Assembly (NCBI RefSeq): GCF_032062105.1
Contig: NW_026937790.1
Span: forward strand, 1 to 64,000
Direction: 5' to 3'
Source: Saccostrea cucullata
Lineage: Eukaryota
Length of the DNA stretch: 64,000 nucleotides
A model generated the notes under the pieces. The model was given only the letters and a program-made list of their open reading frames with translations, did not search any database and was not told where the DNA came from. Both the position numbers and the translations under genes were made by a program. Each line of letters begins with the position of its first letter. Position 1 is the stretch's first letter. This document shows, one piece after another, positions 27,001 to 39,982 of the stretch.

Positions 27001-30000
27001 TCCATCAACCTCCTTATTGTTTTTTTTGAAAATCAAAGTCCCTTTTCATTGAAAGTTTCGATTGTACTTGCAAGCACTTTTCGTCTTTTGCTTGTTCTTT
27101 TTACTGCTTTAGGAACATAGGACGCAAGCTTCAATTGACGTCAAGCGTATTAGATTTACTTCAAATACACAAGTATTTAGAAATGCCCGGTGAACCGTAT
27201 GCACATACAGTAGTAGTGATTTATAAATATGTGACACTATTCACCTGATACCTATTTTCAAATGCGTTGATTATTATGAATCCTTATCAATGTGATGTTC
27301 GTATTCAATAAAGAGACGTAGAAAAAAAGCGGAAGTGAAAACTCTTAAACCTTTTAAACGAGACGTAGACGCAGCTCGTCGGAGATTTTTGTCTGTTCAT
27401 GGTTTGCTTCCCTTCGATTCCTTGTAAGTTAATTTCCACAAATATAAGAAATGTTATAGCAAAGCAATACTTTGGAACGCGATAAGGCTCTATCTGTCTG
27501 AACAAACAACATCCTTGTTTGCAGGGATTTAAGGTGTTCATAGATTTTTTTTAAAAATTAGAACCTGTGTGTTTTCATGTGAAAGACGTGCAAGTTGCGT
27601 GTATTCATAATTACCATGGTTACAGTTAGGAGGATTCCATCCTGGTTTACAACTACATTCCCCGTTGAATCTATTACACTCGTTGTCAGGAACACAGTTT
27701 TCGCTGCATCTTCTCCCGCAATTTTCTCCGTAATATCCATCTTGACATGCTGTTTATTCAATAGAAAAATAAATTTTGTAAAACAGAACGATTTTTATTT
27801 TATTTATAAAATATCTGGTACATGTATAGCGAGATAACGACCAGTATTCAAGCTCAAAAGTAATTTGGGAGCAGAGTAAAATGGACCTCTTAAACATTAT
27901 AGGTGCATGGGATTAGGTGTCATATTGGAATGAATAAGATTATTAACATTAGTCGCAAATGGAAGAACATTTACCCTGCTCGCACGTCGTGCCTTGAAAT
28001 CCTTCTCCACAACCGTTTAAACATGTGCCATTGACATGATGACATGTCTCTCCTTTTCTACAGTTACCACATGATGAAGAACACCGAGATCCATAATTTC
28101 CGGTACTGCATACTTATGATGAAAAATAATACATGTATATAGTTGTACTTGATAAAACATATGGATATGACATACAGTAACCAATCTCAAAAGTCCATTA
28201 AACAATACAATATAGGAGCAGAGTAAACACATATTCTTGGAACTACATGCTGTTTAAATAAAATCAGTACTGTTTCAGACATGAATGGATAAAGGAGAAT
28301 ATTGGGGGAAAATCTTGTGATTGGATTGAGAGGTCATGAGGCTTTGCATGTAACAATCCCTCCAAGGTGGCTAATTGTTTAGGCCATCTTAAAAAAAATT
28401 TTTGCAGACCCTCTACTGAGAAAGAGTAAAATAATTGGAATGTAGGTAGGTGGGAAAATTTTTTCTAAGACAATTTCAGCATATTTGTGGACAAAATAAG
28501 AAGAATACACAGAATAAAAAAAATCGTTTCCTGGAATGTAAAAGCTTTGAGTCGGACCATTCTAGTCAGTCGGTCGGTAGAGAGTAATCAAACAATTTTT
28601 TTAGGATGGCTAAATATTTACTTTGTTCACAGCGAGGTCCCTGGTATCCAGGTACACAACCGTAACACTCCCCTGTGTGTATGTGACATAGGCCATTCTG
28701 ACAGGTATTAGGGCAAGGAAGGTTACAAGTCTCTCCATAAAATCCTGCACTTTCACAGCCTAGAATATTTTTTTTTTCACGCAGAATTAAGTAATAACTT
28801 TGTATTTGGTTTCATAAACATTATTTCATTTTAAACTTACGCTTCTCGTGCTTACTTACCGAATACTTGTAGTTCACATAGCTCATTAAAAGCATATCTG
28901 GAATAGTATTTAGGATATTCAACACCAGATTTTCTTTCGTTGTAGAATATGACATAGCGCCCATGCACAGGGCATTTTATTGTTTGGTTTTCTGAAGGTG
29001 TTCCGTTCACTTTTTGTATCTCATGGAAACAAAGATGGCTGCCCTCTCGTGAGGAAGTGTTGGAAACATAAAGGAAGAACCCAGCCAGTCGGGGAACATA
29101 GGGACTGGGGTCTGTAACAAATATAAATTCCAGATAAATTCAATATTTCTTAGTTTCCACAATTCTGAAAGAGTCGAAACTTAAAAGATGGTATGAATAA
29201 TGAAAAAAATAGCGGCAATAAATGGGTATGATGCATTGTATAGTTTTTTTTCATAATGAATAGTTTTTGGAAGAATTTGGGAATAGAGAATTATGCATCT
29301 TGGAAAAGTAAATTGTGTTTCAAATTGAACTGAAATCAGACAAAAACTTAGAGGTGAAGCTTCTATTAATAGTATTTTTTAACAGACAGATAGTAAGACT
29401 GACAGTTTACTGTCGCAGAGGCATTTTAGATCTCTGATTGGTAGAGCTTGAAATACACATACGAGGTAAGTTATCTGTCCTGTAGATAATATTTATGTGG
29501 CTGATACTGTTAACTCCTCCTAGGTTGACCCACCATGTCGCTGTTGTTTGGCCATTGGCAGAGATTACACATTGTCCCGCATTTGAAGTGAGACTGTCAT
29601 ATTTACCGTCAACTGCTTTATCTGCTCCCCATTGATTACTAAAGTAAGGATGATCTTGATGAGCAGGTTTATTAAGAGCTAAATTTTCTGAAAAAAAAGC
29701 ATAAAAAATTACTCAGATTAAAAACTATGTGCGTTTTGCTAAAGATGGTGAATTATGTTCCTAATAAATATACATCATTATCGAGATTAGTCACCAGTTG
29801 CTATGTATGGAATACTTGTTTTTTCAAGCTACATGCCACTTTGCACACCTATTTTACTTTTTGATGCGACAAATATTTTCGGTTTCCTATAGTCAACCCT
29901 GGACATTGCTATTCTCTCTATGACAAGGCACGGATCCAGGAACTGAAATAAAAGTGGGCCCTTCAAGTAGGCAGGGGGTCTTGGGGCTGCCTCGCGGGGG

Positions 30001-31201
30001 TCCAGAAGCGAAGCTCCTGGATTCTACAGATTTTGTAGGGTAAAAATGAGGTCTACCGAGTAAATTTTTTTTTTTTAACATTTTCTCGACGAAACTATGA
30101 TTTACGCTACTTTGACAATTTTAAGGGGAGGGGTGCCCCCCCCCCCCTACTTAAATCGCCACTGATGACATTAAAAACATCTTCGCCCTATATCACTGTA
30201 TAAAATTAAATGTAACTTCCACAGATTCTTCATCATATTTGGCACCTCCTATTTCATTTTTTAATCCGACTCTTATCTCGGGTTTCCTAGATCAAAACAT
30301 TGACTTGACCCTTATAATCATATGGAAGGCGGAGGTATCCTTTTAGAGAGCTCGGAGCTCACAATACCTCCACTCGTTAGAGCGTCTGCTCTAGACTCGC
30401 GAAGAAAGGAGTTAATCCTAAAATCGCGGGTGGGATGTGGAGACCGGTCCTTCGGATGAGAACGCGTAAATTGAGGTCCCGTGTCGCAGTTGGTGCTGGA
30501 AGGAAAAAGATATCTCTCACTGCTCGATGGCCGTACATGTAAGTCAAGGCTCAAGGTAAGTAGTGGAGTCTAAATACGGGTAAAAAAATTCCGGAGCGGG
30601 ACGTTAAACACCAAACAAATCTCTGTGGTAACCTGAATGAAATATCAGCTAAGTATATATAAAGATACATAAAGATGAAAATACTGTTGTAAACCAACAA
30701 GTAAAGGAACCCGCATATTTATGATGTTTGTATAGAAAATTCATTTTGGAAATTAATTGCAGAAGTCAAACTTACTTTTAATTCATTTTTTTTTCATACA
30801 GTAACATAAAAATAACACGGAAATACATAAAAGTTAAAAATCGCAGTAACTTTGAAGCGAAACAATTTATATATAATAACAATTACACATTGCTGTTGTG
30901 TCGGAATTAATAAATACATATCTATGAATACACTGTACTAACCTTTGTTACTTCGATCAAAATAATACAATACCCAGTATATGTACCTAAACTCGATAAC
31001 GTTTGAAAATATAAATCAGTCCTCAGGTGGAGTAACTATATACTAGTAACTATCCGTACAATAATAAACATATTTTCACAGTGACTCTACATATTCTAAA
31101 AAAAAAAAATCATGAAGAATCTGTGCATATAACGAGTGTTTCTTACCGTAAGCCAAAGAAAAATCCCTTAATAAACTTATAAAGCAAAGGTAGACAAACA
31201 T
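12676..31201 (-). CDS. Receptor-type protein tyrosine phosphatase: signal peptide, F-type-lectin-like domain, 4-5 laminin/MEGF-type EGF repeats, TM, tandem PTP D1/D2 (~1084 aa, 26 exons)
   Basis: Exons 31147-31201, 29463-29687, 28860-29111, 28622-28759, 27975-28112, 27615-27749, 26615-26752, 26410-26513, 25042-25145 (TM), 24806-24855, 24332-24609, 24124-24211 (KNRY), 22563-22627 (DYINAN), 22396-22432, 22193-22290 (DFWAMVWQE), 21830-21958 (KCHQYWP), 21471-21619, 19779-19914 (HC|SAGIGRSG), 16681-16827, 16510-16597, 16224-16297, 15956-16090, 15544-15666, 15090-15232, 13106-13241, 12676-12765. All GT-AG; total 3255 nt in frame. Confidence 0.9.
13943..15045 (-). mobile_element. HINE/pearl-like element carrying ~150-165-bp Cg170-like tandem repeats
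   Basis: About 4-5 repeats of GGGGTCATGATTTGAACAAACTTGAATCT..CACTACC, a GACA-like microsatellite, and terminal palindrome AGCTCACTTGAGCCTTCGGCTCAGGTGAGCT. Confidence 0.75.
17714..18700. mobile_element. TTAA-type non-autonomous DNA element (Kolobok- or CryptonA-like)
   Basis: TTAA|GGAAGCATA ... TATGCTTCC|TTAT. Internal inverted pair AAAAGTGCTGCTAGAATCC / GGATTCTAGCAGCACTTT. Confidence 0.6.
20775..20915 (+). mobile_element. Degenerate Meta-type SINE fragment
   Basis: GGGTTCGAATCC B-box followed by GAGGTCCCGTGT..GGTACG..TAAATCCCTC core. Confidence 0.55.
22766..23148 (-). mobile_element. HINE/pearl-like element (second family)
   Basis: AACAAGATGTG terminus, two related internal repeats (GTCATTGACCTT.GTGTC.TTTGAAA), (GACA)n microsatellite and imperfect terminal palindrome. 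Confidence 0.55.
23756..23870 (-). mobile_element. Meta-type SINE fragment
   Basis: GGATCTTTTTCGTGCCAGC..GCGACACGGGACCTC..TACGGTC..GAAGGACCG, homologous to the other copies. Explains ORFs 23697-23990 and 23730-24029. Confidence 0.55.
25273..26170 (+). mobile_element. HINE-like element with ~156-bp tandem repeats (same family as 52226-63010)
   Basis: Start TTTTTAGCCCTAC..GAAGAGCTTATG, then (GTCC/GTCT)n, ~4 monomers CTACTCCTCCTACAGTTTT..GATTTCAATATAACTTGGCA, and end AACCAGTAGAGCTACAGTCTCGACAGAGACTTCTGGTT. Confidence 0.8.
30362..30620 (+). mobile_element. Meta-type SINE with degenerate tRNA-like head
   Basis: GTTAGAGCGT A-box-like head, GAGGTCCCGTGTCGCAGTTGGTG core, GGGACGTTAAAC and CAAA tail. 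Confidence 0.6.
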
Positions 31202-32945
31202 TGTTCTGTAATGTTCCTTTAACCATTAAAGAAATCGGGACAGGAAACTTTTACACTTGAACAATGGTTATTATTGGAAATTGGCAGTGAGGAAATAAAT
31301 ATATAACTTCCTTATCTTAAAAAAAGAGATTGTAGAACATGCCACTTTTTGTTAAAAAGCATAAACGGATATGTATAGTAATAGTTCGATTTATATCAAC
31401 ACCATGCGGAAGTTTTTCTTGTGAAAATATTTCTGGACTTTCAATATTCCTTACATACCCTTTTTTATACGGAAGTCTGTACTCGATATCTTTTTTCGAA
31501 TCTTAAAACAACACATTCTGTATCTAAGGACTTAGGACTTCGCTGAATCAGGTTTGATCCACCAAGCTAGTATTGCTGTTAACAATTCTTAAACATTATT
31601 TCAACAAATGATTTAAAATCAAAATACGTCTTTTAAGATAATCACCTGGAAACCATGCTTTTACACGTACGAATTTATTAATTTTCTAGTCTAAGAAATA
31701 AGCTTAGAGATGTAGACAAGATATATGTACAGAGTATGATAGATAAGTTATACCGGTATGTACAATGTACACATACTCATACAAGTAAGAGCCTCGATTA
31801 ACGTCCCTACGCTCCTTACATACCCGGACTCTTGCATCCAAAGGCCGTTTTCTAACGTGCTCGTTCCGCCTGAGATTTGAACTGAACATATGTTGCATGA
31901 AAAAAACTGTAAACAAGTAACTTTCAGGTACCTACGGGTTTGCATAGGGTATAAAAGTCACAAGAAATACAAAAATAGAATGCATTCAGTTTGCATCATA
32001 GTTCTAAATCGTAATTATTCGTCAACAGAACTTCTTTCGATCCGCATTTTTGCGGATGATTGCTAGTCAGAAAACTAGGATTCTAGAAAACTAAGGGACA
32101 CACGGCGGGTGAGAACGGTCGGCAGGGGATGCTTACTACTCCATGGCACCTGATCCTATCTCCAATGGAGGTCCGTGTTTGCTCTGCTCCCATTTTGTGT
32201 TGTTTGATTGACTTTTGATCTTGAATACTGTTCGGTATCTCCACATATTTCGTGTTTTTAAAACTTTGATCGTTTATAGTAGCGCCACCATATCCCTGGG
32301 TCATCTAATTAAAAGAGCTAAGTTCACGAAGTGCAAAAATCCGCCTAGTCACCAAAGTAAATAAAACTTTCCCACATAATACTAGAGGATTTGTAGGTCA
32401 TAAAACAATTTATTTTTTGATAACATCTTTTCTAGTTTTCCTTTTACAGTCATTTAAATATCGTATTGTTTTTTTCCAAATGAGTATTGTAACGTCATGA
32501 CGTTGACGTTACATACAGGACAACTTCATCATGATATTACGAAGTTTATCCAAAAGTAATATTATAATCCCTACAAAATCTTAAATAATCAAAGTTTATT
32601 ACTCTTATTTATTTTGAATTTTGTTTTAAAATTGCATTTGATTTTATTTGATGATTATATTATCATAAGCACAAAAAAATTGTCTATAGTCGTACCACAA
32701 GAATGTACTAAAGGCGTATAATATATATTGAAGATTCGATTACAGAAAGGTCTTGTAACGAATAGTAGTAATAAAATAATTTCAACTTTATGCAAAAATT
32801 CTCTATATGCATTCCGTTTTGCTTAATTCTTATGTGGCATCAGATTTTTAAAAAGTGTATATTTTAGAGAAACGTCATGACCATGTTATAAAATGTGACT
32901 TTGAAAGAAAAAGTAAAAAAGCAAAAAGTGACACTGGAAATGCTT

Positions 32946-35900
32946 TTATTCTTCAATTATACTGTCATCGCTATCGGATGTATCTATCGTTTCTGGAAGG
33001 CTGGCTGCATCTTTCACGTAAGCGGACCAATTCTTTATACCGACGTTGTCTGTATCCTGTATGTACCTGGCATATCCAAGGTACCAGAGAATGGATGCAA
33101 CGTGTGCACACACACCGACCACTCGTGCACCAGTCTTGCAAAGACAATACCATGCTGTTACCTGAATATAAAATTGAACAATTTTGTTGACAGAATGATC
33201 AGTCTATAGTTTAACTGATTGAACAGGTCATTTTTTCATTTGCAATACAAATAAACTACAAATACCTCAGCTGCATTGTAAGAGATCCACAAGACATGAG
33301 ACTTGGATGATACATGGCGACTTTGCATTTTCACCTTTAGTAAGTGGGGGTCCTCTCTGTGGACAAGGATGTCCTGATTTCCCTCTAGGTGCTCCTGGAT
33401 GTAGAATCTTGATAGTTTGAGTTGATAGGTCCCACATGTTATTTCACGAAGCTGTTCCTCTGAGAGCTGCGGAAAATCCTGAATAGATGACGCATTTGTC
33501 CACATCGTTGTTTTTCTGCTGTTAAGATTTTCTCTCTCGACACGTTCTTTCAATGTGTTCACTTGACGGCTGAGGTGCAACATTTTTGCTGCCATCGCAA
33601 CCTCATCCTCATGAGCTGAAATCAACAATATATTTGAAAAATGAGCACTTGCAGTGTATATTTTTTGATAGACAAAAAATGTACAACAGAATACATGTAG
33701 TATTACATGACACGGTTTATAATGTATACCTGATGATAGTGGAGGAAGGAACTTGTTTGAAATGGCGCAAATGATTCTGATATAATCTCCAATATGAGGC
33801 ACTTGATTCGTTGGGAGAACCTTGTCTAAGTACTTCCACCTCTTTATACGGGCGTTAGCCGATTCCACTACCCAGCGGACCTTTCAGACAAAAATTATAA
33901 TTACATGTAATTAATGAATAGTTTTACGTTTCAATTATGTATACATTTCTAAATAATTTTATGATTATAAATATATATACCGGGAACATGTATATTTATA
34001 TATCAGGGGCATAGAGATTGACAACAAATATTCCCCAACTTAAAAGTATAGGAAATATAATTGAAAACCTGTTAGATAACCTAGTGAAACCGAAAATGTA
34101 TTATTAATGAATTGGTACTTATATATTTGACAAGAAATAGGAAAAATCGAAATAATTTTCAAGTTTTGCAACATCCCCCCCCCCCTATTTTGAGTTTCAA
34201 TTTTTCAGGTAAGTAAAAAAAAATATTCAAACTTTTCAAAAAATGCTATCACTGTATATATATATATATTTTTTTTTTAAGATAACAAAAGAATTGCAAC
34301 TTGTAAATCTGAAATTAAAACGTTAATCTGCAAAATCTGGGTTTGTTTTCTTTGAAAACACAATCATTTCAATTGATAACATATTCAGTATATATTTTAT
34401 TAGATAACAGAAACCAAGTATTTTTTTGTGTACCTTAAGATTATATAGTAGAACTTGTGTCAAACCTTTGAATATATACCTGTTTAGAAATAGATTATAC
34501 AGAATAATAATGTATAAAACATGCATTGCCATATACCGGGTATATCGGTAGTAGAGTACCCTTAAAAATTTGAAATGATCATTTTATCAAGATCTTGTGT
34601 AATTTAGTTTTCTATTTTTAAATGCTTAGTGGGGGGGTTATCCCCCCACTTTTTTTGCAAAGATAGATATAATATAGGCATTGAAAATTAGGGGTTACTT
34701 TTTTTGGTGATTTAGCCCCCCCCCCCCTATATTCAATTACCACCCACTTTCAATTTGCTTCCGACGCTTATGTGCCTACTTCCCTGACCCTTTAAGCTTT
34801 GCTGATATAGTTTATACCCAGTAATGTGAACAAAAATGGCCAATGAACCTTTTTATACCTTCGTAATCAAACGGCTAGCATTAGCATCCTCTGTAGACAG
34901 TTGTTTACTTCCTTGTTTCATGAAGCTCGGGATTTCAGCTTTGATTCCAAGATCCTCCAAGAAACAGATAGCATCCCTAAAGCCTCGGTCGACAACAAAT
35001 ATGTCATTCTCATGAACCCAGTGTTTAATATCCTCAACATTTGACTTTAGCATGTGAGTAAGAATGTTTGCATCGTTATTTTTAATGTCTGCTAAATAGG
35101 GTCCAACAGCTGTCACATAATATCCAGTGGTTGTCACCACAACCATTGCCTTCACTAGTGGTCTCCCTTTGTGAAAACTGAAAGACCGTCTTTGAAAATG
35201 AAAATTGTTGCTCTTATGAATGTAAATATAGGTACCATCCAACACCAAAATCACTTGAGAATTGCCAGTTTCTCCGAATAGGGTCTGCGCAAGAGGTCTG
35301 GTATGTCTTTCAATAACTTCCTCTCGTGAAATATGTTGAAGGCCCAAGTTTTGTGGAACAAAGGATGCAGTGAGAGACTGTCTTACAGAAGCTATGGCTC
35401 GGCGCAAACTGGATTTAGAGATGTTAAAAATGGTAGAAAGTACTTTGTTGGAAAGTCCGGATTTCATCTTAAATAAAAAGATTCCCAAGGATGTGCGGGT
35501 GGAGCGAACAGGGGTGTTTCTAACATCTTTCAAAGACTCACACAATTCATCAAATGCATCTCTGCTTATTCCTGTCAGTGTCAAGTAATCATTATCTGTT
35601 AGATTGGAGGAATTGTCGAAATCGATTCTGCAATTTTTGTTATGCTGCGCTGTAGCACGCAATCGTTTAATGAGGTCAGTAATAGCAGTCCTGCTAAGAA
35701 ACGACTCACTGGTTGCTTTTATGCGTGGCAAAACATCAGACTTAAAATCGCCATCTTCCAAGTGATTGGGACAACATCGACTGCCAGCAGGTACAATTAC
35801 CTCACAGTTCAGAAAGACATTAAACCTTGCATTTGATGGTACAACCATGAGCTTTGGCCCTGCACGCTTGCACAAAAAGCATTGTGCATGGCTTTTAGGG

Positions 35901-36208
35901 GTGGACGGTATTGAAAGAGATACAGATGGGGGACTTGAGACAGCATTGGGTTTTCGACACTTTGGTATTGGACAATAATCGTCACTTTCTCCATTAGATT
36001 TCGGGACCTCATGAACTTTTTGTTTTTCGGAAGCGTAATACTTATGTCTGCATTTGCTGCAAAGTGTGCCATGTTTATCACAGACAGTGATTAAAAAGTT
36101 TTTCTGAAGGAAGCGATTTTCCGCTTTTGTTATCTTTCTTCTTTCATATGGTTTTGTCCGTTTGTTGCATAATAAACAGGGGAAATTTTTTGGCCCATCA
36201 CCAGGCAT
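32946..36208 (-). CDS. Spy transposase (~688 aa): N-terminal Cys-rich Zn fingers, HTH region, DDE core, C-terminal SWIM finger
   Basis: Exons 34859-36208, 33730-33880, 33266-33615, 32946-33161 join in frame (2067 nt). Catalytic VLDGT / VVDRGF / VVESAN; SWIM WYCLCKTGARVVGVCAHVASILWYL. Confidence 0.85.
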
Positions 36209-36329
36209 TCTGAAATAGAAATTTTTGAAATCTTGGTTCTAGACTACTGCTTTAATTCTTCCAATTCGAAACTAATCAGACATAAAAATTTTGACAGAAA
36301 TGGACTGTTTACTTTATTATCTCAAACAA

Positions 36330-36798
36330 CAATGTCTAAGGTTTTAAGCCCACCTAAGTTGAAAGTATTCTCGGATAGTGCAGATTATAAATTATTCATA
36401 TTATGACCCCCGGGGGTAGGTTAAAGCCACAATGGGGGTCAAAGTTTTACAAAGGAATATTTAGGGGAAAAAATATTTCAATAACATAAAAGTTATGTTT
36501 AGTCATATTAACATGTAAGCATCTTCATGTCGTGTAAATTTAATTTTGTTCGAATCATGACCACTCCCCCACCCCCAACTCCAAACCCAACCCCACCCTC
36601 CCGGATAGAGGATTTTTTTTTTACAAAGCAATGTTAAGGTAATTTGGTTATTTGCTCTATTGATATATATGTAGGCATCCTTAATTAGTTTAAAAATTCC
36701 CCCTCCCCAGCCAAGTAAACTTTTCAATGCTGAACCGATTTGTGCTTTTTCTTAGCCGATGTGCTCAGGTGAGCGATGTGGCCCATGTTCCTCTTGTT
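36330..36798 (+). repeat. Cg170/HINE remnant inside the Spy 5' intron
   Basis: GACCCCCGGGGGTAGG repeat and terminal GCTCAGGTGAGCGATGTGGCCCATG..CCTCTTGTT, matching the 13943-15045 family end. Confidence 0.55.
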
Positions 36799-37349
36799 TG
36801 GTCATACCCAATTGCTCTTGGATGAAATCATAAAGTGTTCTGATTTTTTTGGGAGGGCACTGTTAACATTAGGAATGACATTTGATTACTATATATACAA
36901 TATATTATGCACTGGCCAAAGGATCCAGGGAAGGGGGTATACACAGTATGAACGTAATGCATGTATAACATAGGATAACATTTATATTTTTATTTGTTTA
37001 TCTGCTTGTCAGGGAAGTTTGCTAAATTGAGTTGATGCCTCCCTAAAATGAAAATGATTAATTATGGCCTTTTACTAGATTAAAGATAACATTATCTAAA
37101 GTTTATAAATGCACATATACAGTAGAACTATGTAAAAATGCGATTTTGTGTGTGTGTGTTTCTTTTAAATTTTATTTTTAAATATCCCTATCAAAGCAAT
37201 AATGAACATCATCTTATTTGTTCGATGTTACAAGTACTATTTTGTAATAGTTAAAACATTGGCTGAAAAAAAGCTGATTAAAAAATATTATATAAAACTG
37301 GACTTCTCTAGTATTCTGTCTTTAATGGACTTACATTTAAAGAGTGGTT

Positions 37350-37350
37350 A

Positions 37351-37389
<39 letters not shown>
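37350..37389. repeat. (CT)n microsatellite
   Basis: Read directly. Confidence 0.9.
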
Positions 37390-39314
37390 GTTATAAGAAA
37401 GAGAAGTAACTCATTGAGAAAAGAAAATTCAAGTAGGCTCCCTTTGTGTTTTTGTTTTATTCGAGCAAACTAAGCAGTTACTGGACTAAGCCATCCACGC
37501 CATGTAAAATTCATGTTACTGCTGTCGGATTGTCTAACTATATAGTAAGTTTTTCATTTATGCTTACCTTTGCTTCAATTTACTATAACAAAACGTGCGA
37601 TAGCACTTGTAACATCGATATTCAGTTTAATATTGATTTGTTATTTCGAATTTCCTATGTTGAATGCGTGTGACAAGATTTTTAGTGCCTACTGCCTAGT
37701 ATCAAGATTTTTTTTATAAATAATCATTTGTTTCTTTTTAAACACCAATGGCAATTTTATAAAAAAGGGACTATTTAAGGGATTGTTAAAACGTCGAGCA
37801 ACTGTTTGAAGTTAAAGGTACATTCATTAAATTGGAATTTTTATGAATCCGAAGGACTGGAAATTTTTCATGAATGTGATGTTTGTTGATGCAGACGTCA
37901 TTTGACATCGATGTACGATATCGGATATGTTTATAATGTGGATAAACAATCTCAATTCAAATTGATACACACCTTCTGGTAGTTGCATCCGTTGTAATAT
38001 GAATCTTCTAGGTCATTTGATCACTCAGGATTGAATTATCAAAAACTTTTACCGAATTCAATAAAATGTTCGATCATCATGTTTTTTTCGAGTTGTTCCC
38101 CTTTGATTACATAGTGACCATGGCGACAACGAGATCGATATCAAAACACACAAACAAACACACCCTACTCACACACATAATGATACCTCATAATTTATAA
38201 AGCTTTTATTTATAAACATTTCATAATTATTGCAGTTAATTAGGTCAGGACCGAATATTCAAATACAGTACCAAACTGAAAGTCGGTATAAGTTGTAGAC
38301 CTGTAACACGTTTCAAATGACAGTACTGCATACTGTCAAATTTAATGACAGATTTTCGTGTTTATTTGAAATAATATCCTATAAAATATATTATTAGGAA
38401 TGGTATTCGGATTTATAAACTTAAAAAAAAAATTCATAAGCAATATAAATCAGCTTCTTGTGGATAAACCACATAGTTCCCTTATGGTGGTCGGCACTGC
38501 GAGGCTTGACGCTTAAGAAAAAGTAATATTTTCGATGTGGCCACACCTCTTGAACAAAATAAAAATATGCTTTAAGAATTCCTCTTTTTATTCTTTATTT
38601 AATGGCATAAATTTTATTTTGTTCAAAGGGTGTGGCCACAGCAAAAAATTAAAAAGAAGACGGAAAAACGATGCATTTTGATCAGAAAAGAGCAAAGTGC
38701 ACGTGTTTCGACGTTTCCTGTACAAATATGACGTCATAATATATAAAAATCGACATACACTTTTTAAGTTCGATACCTAGGGGTAATATTTTTATTATAA
38801 TTTTCCCTCTTAAATTCAGTTCAATTTTCCTGAAAAAATAGGCCGATATATGCACTTCGTGAATTAAGCTCTTTGATGTTAGATCCTCTCGCATATTTAC
38901 TACGCTAACAGGTAACAACATCCAATAGAGGGTCACGTTAGAGGTCATATTCGGAACAACTCTTGACTAATTGTCTTCAACAAATATATGATTTTGTACG
39001 CGAAGACTTTATTGTTTGATAGAATTTGACCTCTGACGTGACCCTAGAGATCTATGGAATGTTGTAAGATGTTAGTTTAGCGAGTAAGCGAGCAAATCTA
39101 ACATCTTACTATCCCCTCGCACAATTAATTGCGAAGGGGATATAGCATATCGAATGTGCGTATGTGTTAGTGTGTCCGTTACAGCTTGTGGGCAAGGTTT
39201 ACATTTACATTACATTTGCATTAAACACTCTCAGCCTTTACGTACTTGTGTGGCATTATAAAAGAACAAAGCCTTTTCATTTTCAAATTAATCGACGGAA
39301 TACTTCATAAAATA

Positions 39315-39827
39315 CAATGAAGCGCATTGAAGTGGTAAAATTTTCCGTTCGAATGGAACGTTTTGAGCTATCTTTAGAACGTTTATGACACGCCCATTTC
39401 TTTAGAAATGGAAAAAACGGTCAATTTGTTTATTCGAATACCTGTAGAACAGGTTTTCCATAAATATAATAGCCAATGAAATTGACACCCTAAATAAATA
39501 CCGAGTAAACACGTGTTCGACCAAACCATGTGTTGTGGTAACTTCAATAGACATGATAAGTTCAAAAATATGTACATATTTGTTGCATTTTGTGTTTTAC
39601 AGAAGCGGGGAGTCTCTAATTCTCTCTTCTTATTTTTTCAAAGCTCCATTTCAGTGTAACTAATATTGCTTGTCGCGAAGATTGGGGTGTTCTAAAACAT
39701 TACGACGAATATTTCATTTTCGTTTCTAAAAATATGGGCGTGTCATTATGTTGTAATTGACGTTCAAAACATGACTCAGAACGTTTCGTCCAAACGGAAA
39801 ATTTTACCACTTCGATGCGCTTCATTG
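39315..39827. mobile_element. TA-flanked MITE (Tc1/mariner/pogo-like)
   Basis: Imperfect ~50-bp TIR CAATGAAGCGCAT(T/C)GAAGTGGTAAAATTTTCCGTT with TA on both sides. Confidence 0.8.
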
Positions 39828-39982
39828 TATAGCGTTTTACTAATTGTACCTTCTAACCCTGAATTTTTGTGTACGCGACTTGACAATGCTCACTTCTGCT
39901 TATTCGTGTTGCTTCAATAAACCGAAGTTTTATGTACGACTTGACAAATACCACTTGTGCTTAATCAACCTGGTAATTCGGG

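Larger units (their letters stand above)
32315..38871 (-). mobile_element. Spy-type (PHIS/IS5-related) DNA transposon, apparently full length
   Basis: Imperfect 21-bp TIR GAGCT(A/T)A(G/A)TTCACGAAGTGCA. Flanks are AAA (32312-14) and TTT (38872-74) with no TSD. Encodes a DDE_Tnp_4-like transposase. Confidence 0.85.

Noticed and set aside
30362-30430. tRNA gene
   Set aside because: Degenerate A/B boxes continue into the SINE core; no cloverleaf.
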